Shown piece after piece: positions 26,001 through 36,012 of a stretch of DNA of 64,000 nucleotides; within the stretch, counting starts at the first letter, position 1, and every line of letters begins with the position of its first letter. Below the pieces are notes generated by a model. That model was not told the origin of the DNA. It made no database searches and was given only the letters and a program-made list of their open reading frames with translations. This stretch comes from Methanobacteriota archaeon. Its GTDB lineage: Archaea; Thermoplasmatota; E2; DHVEG-1. The stretch lies in assembly GCA_963769885.1 (NCBI GenBank), contig CAVYNH010000004.1:1-64000 (forward strand), written 5' to 3'. The position numbers and the translations under genes are program-made.

Positions 26001-26313
26001 CTGTGGTGTTGACGTAAGGTCGGGTGGAGATGGTGTGTTCGAGATAGTATTGTTGACGGAGGATTTGTGGGGTGAGTAGGCTTGAGTTGTCGATGGTGCT
26101 GGTGTGTAGGAGAAGAAGTCGTTGGGTGGAGCCGAAGTAGGCGGTGATGCGTGTGTTGGCGTTGGTCTGGGGGGTGTCGGGGGCGAAGTCGCTGAAGTTG
26201 GTTCGGAATTCTAAGGTGGGGAGGGCACTGGCGAGGATAATGGTGACAACGATGACTGGGGCGATGATAAGCCATGGCTTCCGGGTGATGAATCGTCCGA
26301 GTTGGGTGAGCAT
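23031..26313 (-). CDS. MMPL/RND-family (HAE3-like) transporter, with apparent +1 frameshift at ~24555
   Basis: Two MMPL repeats with GLGVEY and GVGIDY motifs and large extracellular loops. Removing one C gives GVEYSVNLLFNY and joins 24547-26313 with 23031-24569. Confidence 0.88.
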
Positions 26314-26451
26314 CGTGGTCCTCTGCTGTCGAAAGCCACGAGAACAGGAGCGTTCACGGGGTCTTCCCCCGCTTCTATATGAATGGAAATATATTAATTT
26401 TTGTATGAGAAAGGCATCGTAGCGAGGGAGGGAAAAGAAGGAGGGGTGCGG

Positions 26452-27174
26452 TTAGACTTGGTCTGCTTCGAAGTGGGCGTAGATCCAACCTTGGTGCAGG
26501 CCCATGGAGTCGATGGTGGTGGTGACCTCGATCTCGATTTGGACCCAGACAAAGTCGGAGAGATTGGAGGTGGCGTTGGTTTCGTTGCGTGTCCAGCGGA
26601 CGTTGGCGGTGGGGTCCCAGGGTGTGGGAATCGAGTGGTTGACCCGGTCGGAGACGTTGCTGCACATGTCGCTCGCATTCCGGTTGCCGGGGGCAAGTGT
26701 CCAGGCGGAGGTATTGCCCGAGTGGACGATGGTACCGTTGTTGTACATGAGGACGCTGGTGTTGTCGGTGAGGGTGCTGTTGGCGTTGGCGTCGCGGTCG
26801 CCGTGCAGCCAGATCTTCATGCAGGTCCAGTTGGCGGAGGAGACGTTGAAGTAGGTGATGTTGACGGGGTAATTTTCTTCGTTGACGATGCCAAAGGCGG
26901 CGGAGTAGTAGTTTTTTTGTTCCATGGTGAAGTTGCCGAAGGCGAGTCGGAGGACGACGTAGCTGGTGTTGGAGCCGGCGACGCGCAGGAGCCTGACGTT
27001 GTCGGAGGCGTTGTCGGAGCCGATGAGGCGGATGTTGGCGTTGGAGGGGTGGACGATGGTGAAGTCATAGCTGACGCGGGAGACGGCGAACTGGGTGGCA
27101 ATGACCATGGTACAAGTTATGAGGAGAAGTCCAAGGAGGAAATATCGTTTGTTAATGCGGTGGTGGTGTGACAT
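26452..27174 (-). CDS. Hypothetical secreted/membrane-anchored protein
   Basis: N-terminal TM/signal, beta-rich, many N-x-S/T sequons; directly upstream of the MMPL gene. Confidence 0.75.
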   Translation of the reverse strand: MSHHHRINKRYFLLGLLLITCTMVIATQFAVSRVSYDFTIVHPSNANIRLIGSDNASDNVRLLRVAGSNTSYVVLRLAFGNFTMEQKNYYSAAFGIVNEENYPVNITYFNVSSANWTCMKIWLHGDRDANANSTLTDNTSVLMYNNGTIVHSGNTSAWTLAPGNRNASDMCSNVSDRVNHSIPTPWDPTANVRWTRNETNATSNLSDFVWVQIEIEVTTTIDSMGLHQGWIYAHFEADQV

Positions 27175-27276
27175 GGTTGACGCATGATAACCTTTGGCAG
27201 ACTCGTTACTTAAAGCTTCAGTGGAAAAATGTCAGACCGCAAAAACGCACGCTTCCATGGAAAAGAGTAAATTATA

Positions 27277-28182
27277 TTAAGGAAGGAGCCCGGTGTCGCG
27301 CACGAGCCGGGGGATGATCGTTTCCCAGAACAAGGCGGTGATGTGGATGCCGTGGACGCCGCGGAGCCCTTTGAGGGACTCGATGGTTTCGACTGCGAGC
27401 CGGTATCCCTCCTCCTCTGGGTGTGTTGCCTGTGTGATCCTCTTGTACACCGCGTCCGGGACGTCCGTGCCCGGCACATGGTACTTCATGCGCTCCGCCA
27501 TCTTCACGGATTTCAACGGGGTGATCCCGGCGAGGATCCGCGCTTTCGAGTCTAGTCCACAGTCGTGGACGGCGTCGACCCAGCGGGTGAATCGCTCAAG
27601 GTCGAAGACGCTTTGGGTCTGGAAGAAACAGGCGCCCGCGTCTATCTTCTTCTCCATTCGTAGTAGTTGAAGATCTAGGGGGTCGCTGAAGGGGTTCGTG
27701 GCTGCTCCGAGGCAGAGGCGTGGGCAGGGGTGGCTGAGGCGGTCACCGCTTTGGAACAGGCCGTTCGTGGTCATCCCTGAGATGATTTGGAGGAGTTGGA
27801 TGGAGTCGATGTCAAAGACGCCTTTTGCCTCGGGGTGGTTGCCGAAGCTGGGGGAGTCGCCGGTGAGGCAGAGGATGTTGCGGACGCCGAGTGCGGCCGC
27901 GCCGAGGACGTCGCTTTGCAGTCCGATGCGGTTGCGGTCCCGGCAGGTCATCTGCATAATCGGTTCCATCCCCATCTCGAGGAGGAGGACGCTGCCGGCC
28001 AGGCTGGACATCCGGGTCACCGCGGTCTGGTTATCCGTAATGTTGAAGGCGACGGCGGAGCCGCGTAGGAGCCTGGCTTTCTGTCGGATTTTTTCAGGGT
28101 CGCAGTCTTTGGGCGGTCCGACCTCCGCGGTCACCACGAATTTCCCGGTGGCGAGGGCGTTGGCGAGGGTGCTGATGGTCAC
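27277..28182 (-). CDS. metF: Methylenetetrahydrofolate reductase MetF
   Basis: VTAEVGPPK, NITDNQ, TCRDRNRIGLQ, LTGD and AGA.FFQTQ motifs. Confidence 0.92.
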   Translation of the reverse strand: MTISTLANALATGKFVVTAEVGPPKDCDPEKIRQKARLLRGSAVAFNITDNQTAVTRMSSLAGSVLLLEMGMEPIMQMTCRDRNRIGLQSDVLGAAALGVRNILCLTGDSPSFGNHPEAKGVFDIDSIQLLQIISGMTTNGLFQSGDRLSHPCPRLCLGAATNPFSDPLDLQLLRMEKKIDAGACFFQTQSVFDLERFTRWVDAVHDCGLDSKARILAGITPLKSVKMAERMKYHVPGTDVPDAVYKRITQATHPEEEGYRLAVETIESLKGLRGVHGIHITALFWETIIPRLVRDTGLLP

Positions 28183-28817
28183 CGGTTCACGCTCCGTTCA
28201 GAGGCGTGTGACCAGTTTTTCGGCTTGTGTGTTTTTCGTAGGAGGTCGAGTTTGTGTTGCGCTTTAAGTTGTTGGTAGATCTGATCCCAAACGCAGGGGG
28301 TCTGGGGGTCGACTTCGCATTTCCCGTTGGTGATACCGCCGCAGGGGCCGTTGAGCATGGATTTTGGGCAGCGGGCGACAGGGCAGAGGCCGCCGAACTC
28401 GTCGAGGAGGCAGTCGCCGCAGAGGCTGCAGCGTTTCTCGAAGACACCATGGCGGATGACTTCGCCGACGAAGAGGGCGTCCGTCCCGCTTATGACTTGT
28501 ATGTCGGGGTAGAGTTCGTGGACGGTCTGGACGCCGCTGCCGCAGGCCATGACCAGAAGAGATTTGGCTTGGGTCAGCTGTTGGCTGACGTCGCTGAGGA
28601 GTCGCTTTGATTGGAGCAGATGGCAGGCGGGGTCCAGAACGAGAGAGCCTGTGACAGTGATGTGATGGTCAGAAAGGGCTTGGGAAAGAGTGGCGAGGTC
28701 GTCTTTGCCGCCGGTACCGCAGAGGGTGGCGCACTCGCTGCATCCCACGAGGAAGACGGGGCCATCCCTGATCTTCTCCAAGATCTCCTCAAGACGTTTC
28801 TGCCGAGTGATAATCAT
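28179..28817 (-). CDS. metV: MetV (Fe-S/Zn subunit of methylene-THF reductase)
   Basis: GC..CAT.C..GG, ACGSGVQ, CSLCGDC, CPVARCPKSMLNGPCGG and CEV....CVW motifs; overlaps the metF start. Confidence 0.88.
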   Translation of the reverse strand: MIITRQKRLEEILEKIRDGPVFLVGCSECATLCGTGGKDDLATLSQALSDHHITVTGSLVLDPACHLLQSKRLLSDVSQQLTQAKSLLVMACGSGVQTVHELYPDIQVISGTDALFVGEVIRHGVFEKRCSLCGDCLLDEFGGLCPVARCPKSMLNGPCGGITNGKCEVDPQTPCVWDQIYQQLKAQHKLDLLRKTHKPKNWSHASERSVNR

Positions 28818-28871
28818 GGCGGGAAACCATGTGGTAGCGGTAATTAAAGATTTGGCATGAGGGAGACATGT

Positions 28872-30269
28872 TCAATTTTTCTGATTTTGGGAAAGGATGT
28901 TGTTGAGGTCGAGTGCAGAGTTAATCGCGCAGTTGATGCCGATTCCCTTTGCCTTCACGCAATCGCCGATGAGATAGAGGTTTTTGACTGGCGTTTGAAT
29001 CTCCGGCTTGGAGTTGATGATGGTTTTAGCGACGCCGTCAAGATGCCATGTCGCCGGGTAGACCGCCCAGTGGAGGTCCGCGGCGTATGTCGGGATGATC
29101 CGTCGGAGGTTCTTATCCAATGCCTCTCTGAGCTTGAGCAGCATCTCGGCGTTGGTGGCCTCCTTTGGGGAGCAGATGATGTAGGCCTGAACGAGATAAT
29201 GGTCTGGGGCGGAGAGGCCGGCCTGGGACGCTGCGGTCATGAAATCGATCATGCCTGCGGCGTCATTGCCGTCGACACCGAGGTTACGTTCGATGAACAC
29301 GAAGGTTTTCCCGAGGAGATCCTGCTTGATTCGTTTCAAGGCGTAATAAGCGCATAGGCTGCCGGTTCCCTGGAGGCTCTTCATCGTGGTCACATAACCT
29401 GCGGGTAACAGGGTTGGATCTGCAATAGTGAACAGGTTTTGGACCAAGATATCCGAGGCGATGATATCGAAATCCTGGTGTTGGCCTGCAGCCTCGATGC
29501 CCTCAGCCTGCTGGTTAGTGATACGGATTTTTGTCACGGGGGTATTGAGATGGATGTGTCCTCCGTGTTTCTCGACGTACGCCGCGAGGGTCTGGCAGAT
29601 ATTGATGAGGCCGTGTTGTGGGTAGAAGACGCCAGCAAGCCTCATGTCTTTTTGGGTCCGTAAGACCTCGCCGGAGGAGATGAGGTCAAGGTTGTTGATG
29701 GTGGTGATGAGCCGTGGATTCAGCTCCAGGACGTCCTTCATCTTTCCTTTTCCGTATTGCTGGATCGTCTTTGACATCGGGACGGGGTCCAGTTCTTTCA
29801 AGGTTTTTTCCCCGGAGCTCAATAGTCTGATGATGTTACGTAGCATGCCGAGCTTGTCCATGGTGGTTACGAAGTTCCCGTAGTGGCTGTTCTTCTGTTC
29901 GTATAAGCGTGAATGATAAATGGTGATGTTGTTGAAGAACTCCGGGATGGTCGTTTGGAGTTTTGCGATGATGCCGCCGCCGATCAGGTGGAATCCAACG
30001 TCAAGGGTGTAGCCGTCCATGAGATGTTGCGTGAAGATGTCTTTCAGCGGGGGATCGGAGAAGACGATAGCGGTGTTGAACCGTTTGAGGGTCTGCGTGT
30101 AGGACTCCATGGTTTGGGTCGACATGGAGATAGATTGGGCCCGTCCACCGACGGTCGCCTCTTTTTCATAAATGTCCACGCTGTAACCATGTTGGATGAG
30201 CAGTGCGCCGGCAGTGAGTCCGCCGATGCCTGCGCCGATGATGCATACGCGTCGTTTCTGCATAATCAA
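28872..30269 (-). CDS. FAD-dependent oxidoreductase, phytoene desaturase (CrtI/COG1233)-like
   Basis: IIGAGIGGL..G, EK...VGGR, D.GFH and C-terminal NLYLIGD motifs. Confidence 0.8.
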   Translation of the reverse strand: MIMQKRRVCIIGAGIGGLTAGALLIQHGYSVDIYEKEATVGGRAQSISMSTQTMESYTQTLKRFNTAIVFSDPPLKDIFTQHLMDGYTLDVGFHLIGGGIIAKLQTTIPEFFNNITIYHSRLYEQKNSHYGNFVTTMDKLGMLRNIIRLLSSGEKTLKELDPVPMSKTIQQYGKGKMKDVLELNPRLITTINNLDLISSGEVLRTQKDMRLAGVFYPQHGLINICQTLAAYVEKHGGHIHLNTPVTKIRITNQQAEGIEAAGQHQDFDIIASDILVQNLFTIADPTLLPAGYVTTMKSLQGTGSLCAYYALKRIKQDLLGKTFVFIERNLGVDGNDAAGMIDFMTAASQAGLSAPDHYLVQAYIICSPKEATNAEMLLKLREALDKNLRRIIPTYAADLHWAVYPATWHLDGVAKTIINSKPEIQTPVKNLYLIGDCVKAKGIGINCAINSALDLNNILSQNQKN

Positions 30270-30278
30270 TAGGTCTCG

Positions 30279-31496
30279 CTAGGCGGTCTCTTTTTTTCTC
30301 CGGAACCGATGCCGCAGGGAAGCATAGAAGTATCTTCTGATGATCTTCCATTTATTTTTTTCACCGCTGATTTCGCCGGTGATGACGCCGACGAGCAGCG
30401 CGGTGAGAGGCTCGTCTTCGCTGGCGATTTGGAAGACGCGGTCCCGGTTCTCCAGCCCGCCTCGCTGCAGAATGGTGTAGATGAGGTCGAGGTCTTTGCC
30501 GAAATCTTTGTGCCAGCGGGTCTCGTACTGTGAGAGGAACTGCGAGGAACAATCATTCTTCTCTAAAGCCTCGGTGATGAGCTGTGCGGCGATCTCGCCT
30601 GAGGCCATCGCGTAGTAGATGCCTTCGCCAGAGAGCGGGTTGACGAATCCGCCGGCGTCGCCGACGAGCAGCAGTCGGTCCATATAGGTCTTTTCTAAGG
30701 GGCGAACGGGGGTCACGCCGCCCTTGATTGGCGCCTCGGGCAGCTCGTTGGGGATGAGGTGTTGGTCCTTTAGATACGTAAGGTATTTCTGGTAGCATTC
30801 CCGGAGGTTGAACGTCGGTCCTGTTTCTGGTTGGATGGCGCCAAAGCCAATGTTGACGTGTTCCTTTTTTGGGAAGACCCAGCCGTAGCCGGGTTGTTCC
30901 ATAAACCGCGAGTGAATCAGGCAGCGGCGTTTCTCTGAGAAATACGTGTCGAGGATCGGGGAGGGGATCGGGAACTCTTGGAGGACACAGACGCCGTGTT
31001 GTGTCCCTGGTTTTCGCATCCCTAGTGTTTTTGCGATGGTGCTGTGGACGCCATCCGCGCCGACGATGATGGAGGAGTTGTAGCCTTCCCCGGTAGCGGT
31101 CGTGGCATGGGTCTGCGGGCCCGTCAGCGATACGCCGGTCACGGTGGTGCCTTCCTGGAGTCGCGCCCCCGCGTCCGTTGCGAAGTGTACGAGTGCTGTA
31201 TCAAAGGTTTTCCGCAGGGTGGTGGCGATGATGGGCGTGGTCTTCTTCAGCTCGATTTTGTACTTCATCGAGGGAGAGTAGACGGTTCCGCCGTAAGAGT
31301 AGGCTTCGATGATCTTGTCGTTGACGATATAAGGGTACCGATGGAGGACGCGGGCGGGGATTCCGCCGCCGCAGGGCTTGTCTCGGGGGAACCGCTCTTT
31401 TTCCAGGATGAGGATGTTCCATCCTTTTTCAGCGAGAATCTTGGCGGTGGTTGACCCCGCAGGCCCAGCGCCGACAATCGTCACATCAAACGTCAT
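30279..31496 (-). CDS. Geranylgeranyl reductase family flavoprotein
   Basis: GAGPAGS, FPRDKPCGGG, GADG, GYGWVFPK and GDAGGFVNPLSGEGIYYA motifs. Confidence 0.92.
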   Translation of the reverse strand: MTFDVTIVGAGPAGSTTAKILAEKGWNILILEKERFPRDKPCGGGIPARVLHRYPYIVNDKIIEAYSYGGTVYSPSMKYKIELKKTTPIIATTLRKTFDTALVHFATDAGARLQEGTTVTGVSLTGPQTHATTATGEGYNSSIIVGADGVHSTIAKTLGMRKPGTQHGVCVLQEFPIPSPILDTYFSEKRRCLIHSRFMEQPGYGWVFPKKEHVNIGFGAIQPETGPTFNLRECYQKYLTYLKDQHLIPNELPEAPIKGGVTPVRPLEKTYMDRLLLVGDAGGFVNPLSGEGIYYAMASGEIAAQLITEALEKNDCSSQFLSQYETRWHKDFGKDLDLIYTILQRGGLENRDRVFQIASEDEPLTALLVGVITGEISGEKNKWKIIRRYFYASLRHRFRRKKETA

Positions 31497-31610
31497 AATA
31501 TTCGAAAATCTCCTTGGTTGTCTCCTGGATATGCATCGGTTCTTGCGCCTCGGAGGTGGTTAGACTTTGAACGATATATGAAGCTTTTCCTAAAGGGAAT
31601 ACGGCCGTGG

Positions 31611-32552
31611 TTAGAAGAAGACCTCCAGGAGGATGAAGACCTGGAACACGATGATCATGACCCGGGTGCCGGTCCGTTCGTACCGCTCAAAGGCGGTCCA
31701 GATCCGCTGCTCGTCGTCCGTCCGGATCACGACCAGATAGGTCAGCAGCCAGGTGAGCAACATGCTGAATGCGAGGATCGCGCCGCCGATAAGGTACACG
31801 ATGCCGAAGACTTGCGGGAGGTGCAGGCCGAGCCAGTCGTAGGCGGACAAGGGGAAGATTGGGATGAAGAGGAGATAGAAGAACAAGGCGATGTACATGG
31901 ATTTCTTCCGGCCGTGACGGACCGGAGTGGTCTTGAAGCCTGCCTTCAGGTCGCCGATGTAGTCGCCTGCGCAGACCATAATTTCTCTACCAATCTCCAG
32001 GAAGAAGATGGCGAGCGCCAGCGGCAGCATGAGCAGGGGCTGGGTGGGGAACACCGCGATACCGCCCCAGAAGGGGATGGCACCGACGCCGAAGGCGACG
32101 GCCATGTGCCCGAAGATGCCGTGGTGCTTCCCATAGTAGTTGTAGTACAACCCAACGATGACGAGGATGAAGGTGAACACGGCACAGGTCCAGTTGATTT
32201 GCCCGGTCTCAGGATAGGAAACATAGGCTCCGAGGAAAATCGATGCGACCATTAGGATGATCCCTGTGTAGTACACGGTTTTCTCCTTGAGGATGCCGGC
32301 GGGGACGGGTTTCTTGGGCCGGTTCACCCGGTCCGACTCCAGGTCCGTGATGTCGTTGTGGAGCATGGTGCCGGTGGAGAGGAACGCGGGGGTCAGGATG
32401 ACAAGGAGGAGTTGAGAGGCGGAGAGGCTCACGGATTTGTCGATGTAGAGGGAGCAGTTCAGGGCGCTGACGAGTGCTCCGAAGCTGCAGAGAAAGAGGA
32501 TGGGCGGACGGATCATCCGTATCCATGCTATGAGTAAGGTCCTGAACCTCAT
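31611..32552 (-). CDS. UbiA-family prenyltransferase 1 (DGGGP synthase-like)
   Basis: RP start, NDITDLESDRVNRP, YNYYGK, REIMVCAGDYIGD..AG..T; multi-TM. Confidence 0.88.
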   Translation of the reverse strand: MRFRTLLIAWIRMIRPPILFLCSFGALVSALNCSLYIDKSVSLSASQLLLVILTPAFLSTGTMLHNDITDLESDRVNRPKKPVPAGILKEKTVYYTGIILMVASIFLGAYVSYPETGQINWTCAVFTFILVIVGLYYNYYGKHHGIFGHMAVAFGVGAIPFWGGIAVFPTQPLLMLPLALAIFFLEIGREIMVCAGDYIGDLKAGFKTTPVRHGRKKSMYIALFFYLLFIPIFPLSAYDWLGLHLPQVFGIVYLIGGAILAFSMLLTWLLTYLVVIRTDDEQRIWTAFERYERTGTRVMIIVFQVFILLEVFF

Positions 32553-32617
32553 GGCGTCTGAGAATAGGGAGCAGTATTTATTACTTAATGTTTTCTCCCC
32601 CTAGAAAAAGGGGGGGG

Positions 32618-33295
32618 TTATGCAAGGCCGTAGAACTCGAAGAGTCGGACGATGCCGCCGTGGACCAGGAAGATCACTGACCCGGTGATGGCCAAGGAGA
32701 AGATTGCGAGGAGGACTTTCCTGTTGTCGGAGAACCGGGAGCGTTCGATAGAAATGGTTGCGAAGGTGATGAAGAACAGCAGGAGGAACCAGCCGATGAA
32801 GTTGAGGACCGGGACGTCGTAGTATTTCAGTCCGGTGAGGGATCCTTTCCAGATCCACCAGTGGTTATGGTGCGCGATCGGGTCCTCTAAGAGGTCCAGG
32901 CAGACGCCCGAGGCGCCTGTGATGAGTGAGACTAGAATGATTTGCAAGCGGTTCGTCTTTTCATAGAGGTTGTAGACGACGTGCTTGCCGATGTTCATGA
33001 ACAGGAAGAAGTTGACGCTCCAGGCGACGATGATGCTCAGGGGGACGGCACCGCCGACGGCGGAGATGTAGATGAGATAGCCGTTATAGTAGTAGCGTCC
33101 GCCGGCGACCCCCGCGGACTCGATGAACATGGTGGTGAGGATGATAGGGAGGAAATAAATCAGGGTTTTATGGACCCCGAATCGTTTGTACGAGTAGTAG
33201 AGGAAGACCAGCCAGAGGACGGCGCATAGCACGACAAAGGGGGCCAGCAGCTGGGTCCCCTCGCCGAAATGAGGGTTGAACTCGAGGAGACTCAT
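32618..33295 (-). CDS. CruF-like membrane hydratase (carotenoid biosynthesis protein family)
   Basis: ESAGV..G.Y.Y, VPL.I..AW, D...DP.A....WW.W and Y.VP..NFIGW motifs. Confidence 0.8.
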   Translation of the reverse strand: MSLLEFNPHFGEGTQLLAPFVVLCAVLWLVFLYYSYKRFGVHKTLIYFLPIILTTMFIESAGVAGGRYYYNGYLIYISAVGGAVPLSIIVAWSVNFFLFMNIGKHVVYNLYEKTNRLQIILVSLITGASGVCLDLLEDPIAHHNHWWIWKGSLTGLKYYDVPVLNFIGWFLLLFFITFATISIERSRFSDNRKVLLAIFSLAITGSVIFLVHGGIVRLFEFYGLA

Positions 33296-33633
33296 GGGCT
33301 CGTCACCTGCGTTTTCTGCTTGCGCCTTCGGGTGAGAATCAGGAGCAGCAAGGGGATGAGTGCGATGAAACCATTCACAATAGTCGGGATGAGGAAGTCG
33401 GACAAGACCCCGATCACCACAAGGACAACCCAGGCAGCCAGATAGAAGATGAAGAGACTATTGATGCTGAAGTTGCCGATTCTTTTATAATCCTCTTGGA
33501 GGTTTTCTTCCTCGATAGGGGTGTCTTTTTTTCCGGTGAAATACAGGATCATGGTGATGATAAACCCGCCGAGTAAGACAGGAACGAAGAACGCGAGGCG
33601 GTCGACGATATACTGGATGACGGTGTTTTCCAT
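33292..33633 (-). CDS. Small membrane protein
   Basis: Three hydrophobic segments; ATGA overlap with the CruF-like gene. Confidence 0.7.
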   Translation of the reverse strand: MENTVIQYIVDRLAFFVPVLLGGFIITMILYFTGKKDTPIEEENLQEDYKRIGNFSINSLFIFYLAAWVVLVVIGVLSDFLIPTIVNGFIALIPLLLLILTRRRKQKTQVTSP

Positions 33634-33842
33634 GAGGGCTGACCGGGGGAGGGCATCCTCATAACCACTTAAGAAGGTTCCTGTTTTTCCTCCTAGGTGG
33701 CCGCCTTCGCCGTCATCTTTGCCCTCATCCTCTTTCCTGGCTTCGGGTTTCTTCAGTCAAACCTCGTCTTGCACGGGACCTTTCTGCACTGGAAGACTAT
33801 GTAGGAAAACCTTCAAGTATCCCTGACGGGTTGCTGACCCCC

Positions 33843-34847
33843 ATGAAACGGGCAGTTGGGCTGGCACGCCTAATACGGCTACCAGGTATTGGCGCACTCG
33901 GAACCCCCCCTCTGATCGGGGCACTCACCGTCGGAGTCTTCGATATCCCAAGCCTCATCATCCTCTTCGCCATCGGCGCCTTGGCCGGTATCTTCGGCTT
34001 CATCCTCAATGATTTCGTGGACGCCGAACTCGACCGACTCGTCCCCGAACTCCAGGAAAAGCCCTTAGTGAGTGGTGTAATCCAACGCAAGACCGCGGTT
34101 TTCATCTGCGCCCTCTGCGCGATCTTCGCCTTCTTCCTCCTGATCATACTCTATCACGGACAGATTGTGACAACAGGAAGAGTCTATGCCGCGCTGATGC
34201 TCGTCCTCGCCGGCATCCTCGGCAGCATCTACGACATGTACGGCAAGAAGCTGCCCGGCTCCGATTTCCTCGTCTCCATCTCCATGGCCTTCCTCGTCCT
34301 CCTCGGCGCGCTCAGCTTCGGCACCCCCAACGTCCTCACCTGGATCGTCTTTGTCCTCACCTTCAATCAATCCCTGCACATGAACGCCATTGAAGGCGGC
34401 ATCAAAGACGCGGACCACGACTACAAGATGGGCGTCCTTAATATCGCCTACATCGCGGGCGTCCGCGTCGATGGCGAGAAGCTCACCATCCCCTGGCCAT
34501 TTAAAGCCTTCGGCCTCGGCATCCGACTCACCTCCGCCTTCCTCTTCTTTACCCCCTTCCTCTTCTTCGGCTTTGAGTACCCGATCTGGGTCCTCGTCCT
34601 GCTCGCCGTTGCAACCGCCATCGTCCTCTTCTTCAGCTTCCGCCTTGTCATGATGAACCGGTTCGACCGCGACCGGATCCGCAAATACATCGGGCTCCAA
34701 TCCTTCCTCCGCTACAGCCTCGTCCCTATCATGCTCTATCCCGTCATCGGCTGGCTGGCGATGCTCATCCTGATCGTGTACCCCATCGTCTGGTACATCG
34801 CGTTCACCCCGCTCGTCAAAGAAAAACTCTTCAAACCCAGGATGTGA
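33843..34847 (+). CDS. UbiA-family prenyltransferase 2
   Basis: NDFVDAELD...KPLVSG, YDMYGKK and GGIKDADHD motifs; multi-TM. Confidence 0.88.
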   Translation: MKRAVGLARLIRLPGIGALGTPPLIGALTVGVFDIPSLIILFAIGALAGIFGFILNDFVDAELDRLVPELQEKPLVSGVIQRKTAVFICALCAIFAFFLLIILYHGQIVTTGRVYAALMLVLAGILGSIYDMYGKKLPGSDFLVSISMAFLVLLGALSFGTPNVLTWIVFVLTFNQSLHMNAIEGGIKDADHDYKMGVLNIAYIAGVRVDGEKLTIPWPFKAFGLGIRLTSAFLFFTPFLFFGFEYPIWVLVLLAVATAIVLFFSFRLVMMNRFDRDRIRKYIGLQSFLRYSLVPIMLYPVIGWLAMLILIVYPIVWYIAFTPLVKEKLFKPRM

Positions 34848-35029
34848 GACCCCGGACCACCACCCCAAGCCCCAGTCTCCCCTTGACTGTCCTTTCTCCC
34901 GGAGAAAACGACAAATTATTTATATAGTGAGCGGGCATGCGGTATACGAAAGCCTGGTTAACGCACGACGTTCCCAAGACCTTCCCACACCCAACCATCG
35001 GGGTGTAACCGGGCAGGGGAGACACTCAC

Positions 35030-35998
35030 GTGACTGTTAAACTGACCATGAAGCAACCCTATAGCCGCACGCACATCCTCTCCAAGAAAATCCGCGCATA
35101 CATCGACCTGCTCCGGCCATTCACCCTCATCGCCCCCTTTTTCGTCGCCATGTTCATCATGCTCGCCAGCCTCGTCTCCCACTACCCGTTTGACAAATTC
35201 CCCTCGAACTGGTGGATTACCATCGGCCAGGCGAGCCTGACCCTCGCCTTCCTCAACGCTGCAAGCAACTCCCTCAACCAATCCACCGACGTCGAATCCG
35301 ACAAAATCTCCAAACCCTATCGTCCCATCCCCAAAGGCCTCGTGGAAAAAGACGAAGCCCAGAGCATCGCCTACATCCTCTACCTCTTTGCGCTTCTGCG
35401 AGCCGTCACCATCAACCTCTGGTTCGGCGTCTTCGTCTTCCTCATCATGATCTTCACGGTCGTCTACAGCCTCCCGCCCCGCATGAAACGCTTCCTCTTC
35501 CTCAACCAAACCTGGATCGCCATCCCCCGCGGCCTCTTCGCCGTCCTCGCCAGCTGGAGCGTCTTCAACGACCCCTTCGCCCCCGAACCGCTCCTAATCG
35601 GCATCATCGCCATGGTTTTCTTCATGGGCGCCATGACCACCAAGGACATCGTCGACTGCGAAGCCGACCGAAAAACCGGCACCCGCACCCTCATCAATAC
35701 CTACGGTCTGAAAAAAGCCGCCTACATCAGCCTCCCCTTCCTCATCATCCCCTTCGCCAGCATCCCCGTCTTCATCCATTACGGCATCTTCCAGCCCTAC
35801 TTCCTCCCCCTCACCATCCTCGTCATACCCGCTTTCTACATCTTCTACCTCATGCTTAAACAACACCAGAATCAGACCATGGAGAATGTCTCCGCCTGGT
35901 CCCTCATGTACATCACCTACCTCATCTACGCCGTCAGCTTCACCACGCTGATCATCCTCGGGGAACTCGGATACGTCTCCTTCTTCCCCCATCTCTAA
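35030..35998 (+). CDS. UbiA-family prenyltransferase 3 (NQxxD type)
   Basis: LLRPFTL, NQSTDVESDKISKPYRPIP, YSLPPRMK and KDIVDCEAD...G..T motifs. Confidence 0.9.
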   Translation: MTVKLTMKQPYSRTHILSKKIRAYIDLLRPFTLIAPFFVAMFIMLASLVSHYPFDKFPSNWWITIGQASLTLAFLNAASNSLNQSTDVESDKISKPYRPIPKGLVEKDEAQSIAYILYLFALLRAVTINLWFGVFVFLIMIFTVVYSLPPRMKRFLFLNQTWIAIPRGLFAVLASWSVFNDPFAPEPLLIGIIAMVFFMGAMTTKDIVDCEADRKTGTRTLINTYGLKKAAYISLPFLIIPFASIPVFIHYGIFQPYFLPLTILVIPAFYIFYLMLKQHQNQTMENVSAWSLMYITYLIYAVSFTTLIILGELGYVSFFPHL

Positions 35999-36012
35999 CC
36001 CCTTGAGGTCTC

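Noticed and set aside
28872-33295. Complete carotenoid or photosynthetic pigment pathway
   Set aside because: No phytoene synthase, cyclase, rhodopsin or chlorophyll genes are present, and family-level similarity does not define the substrate.
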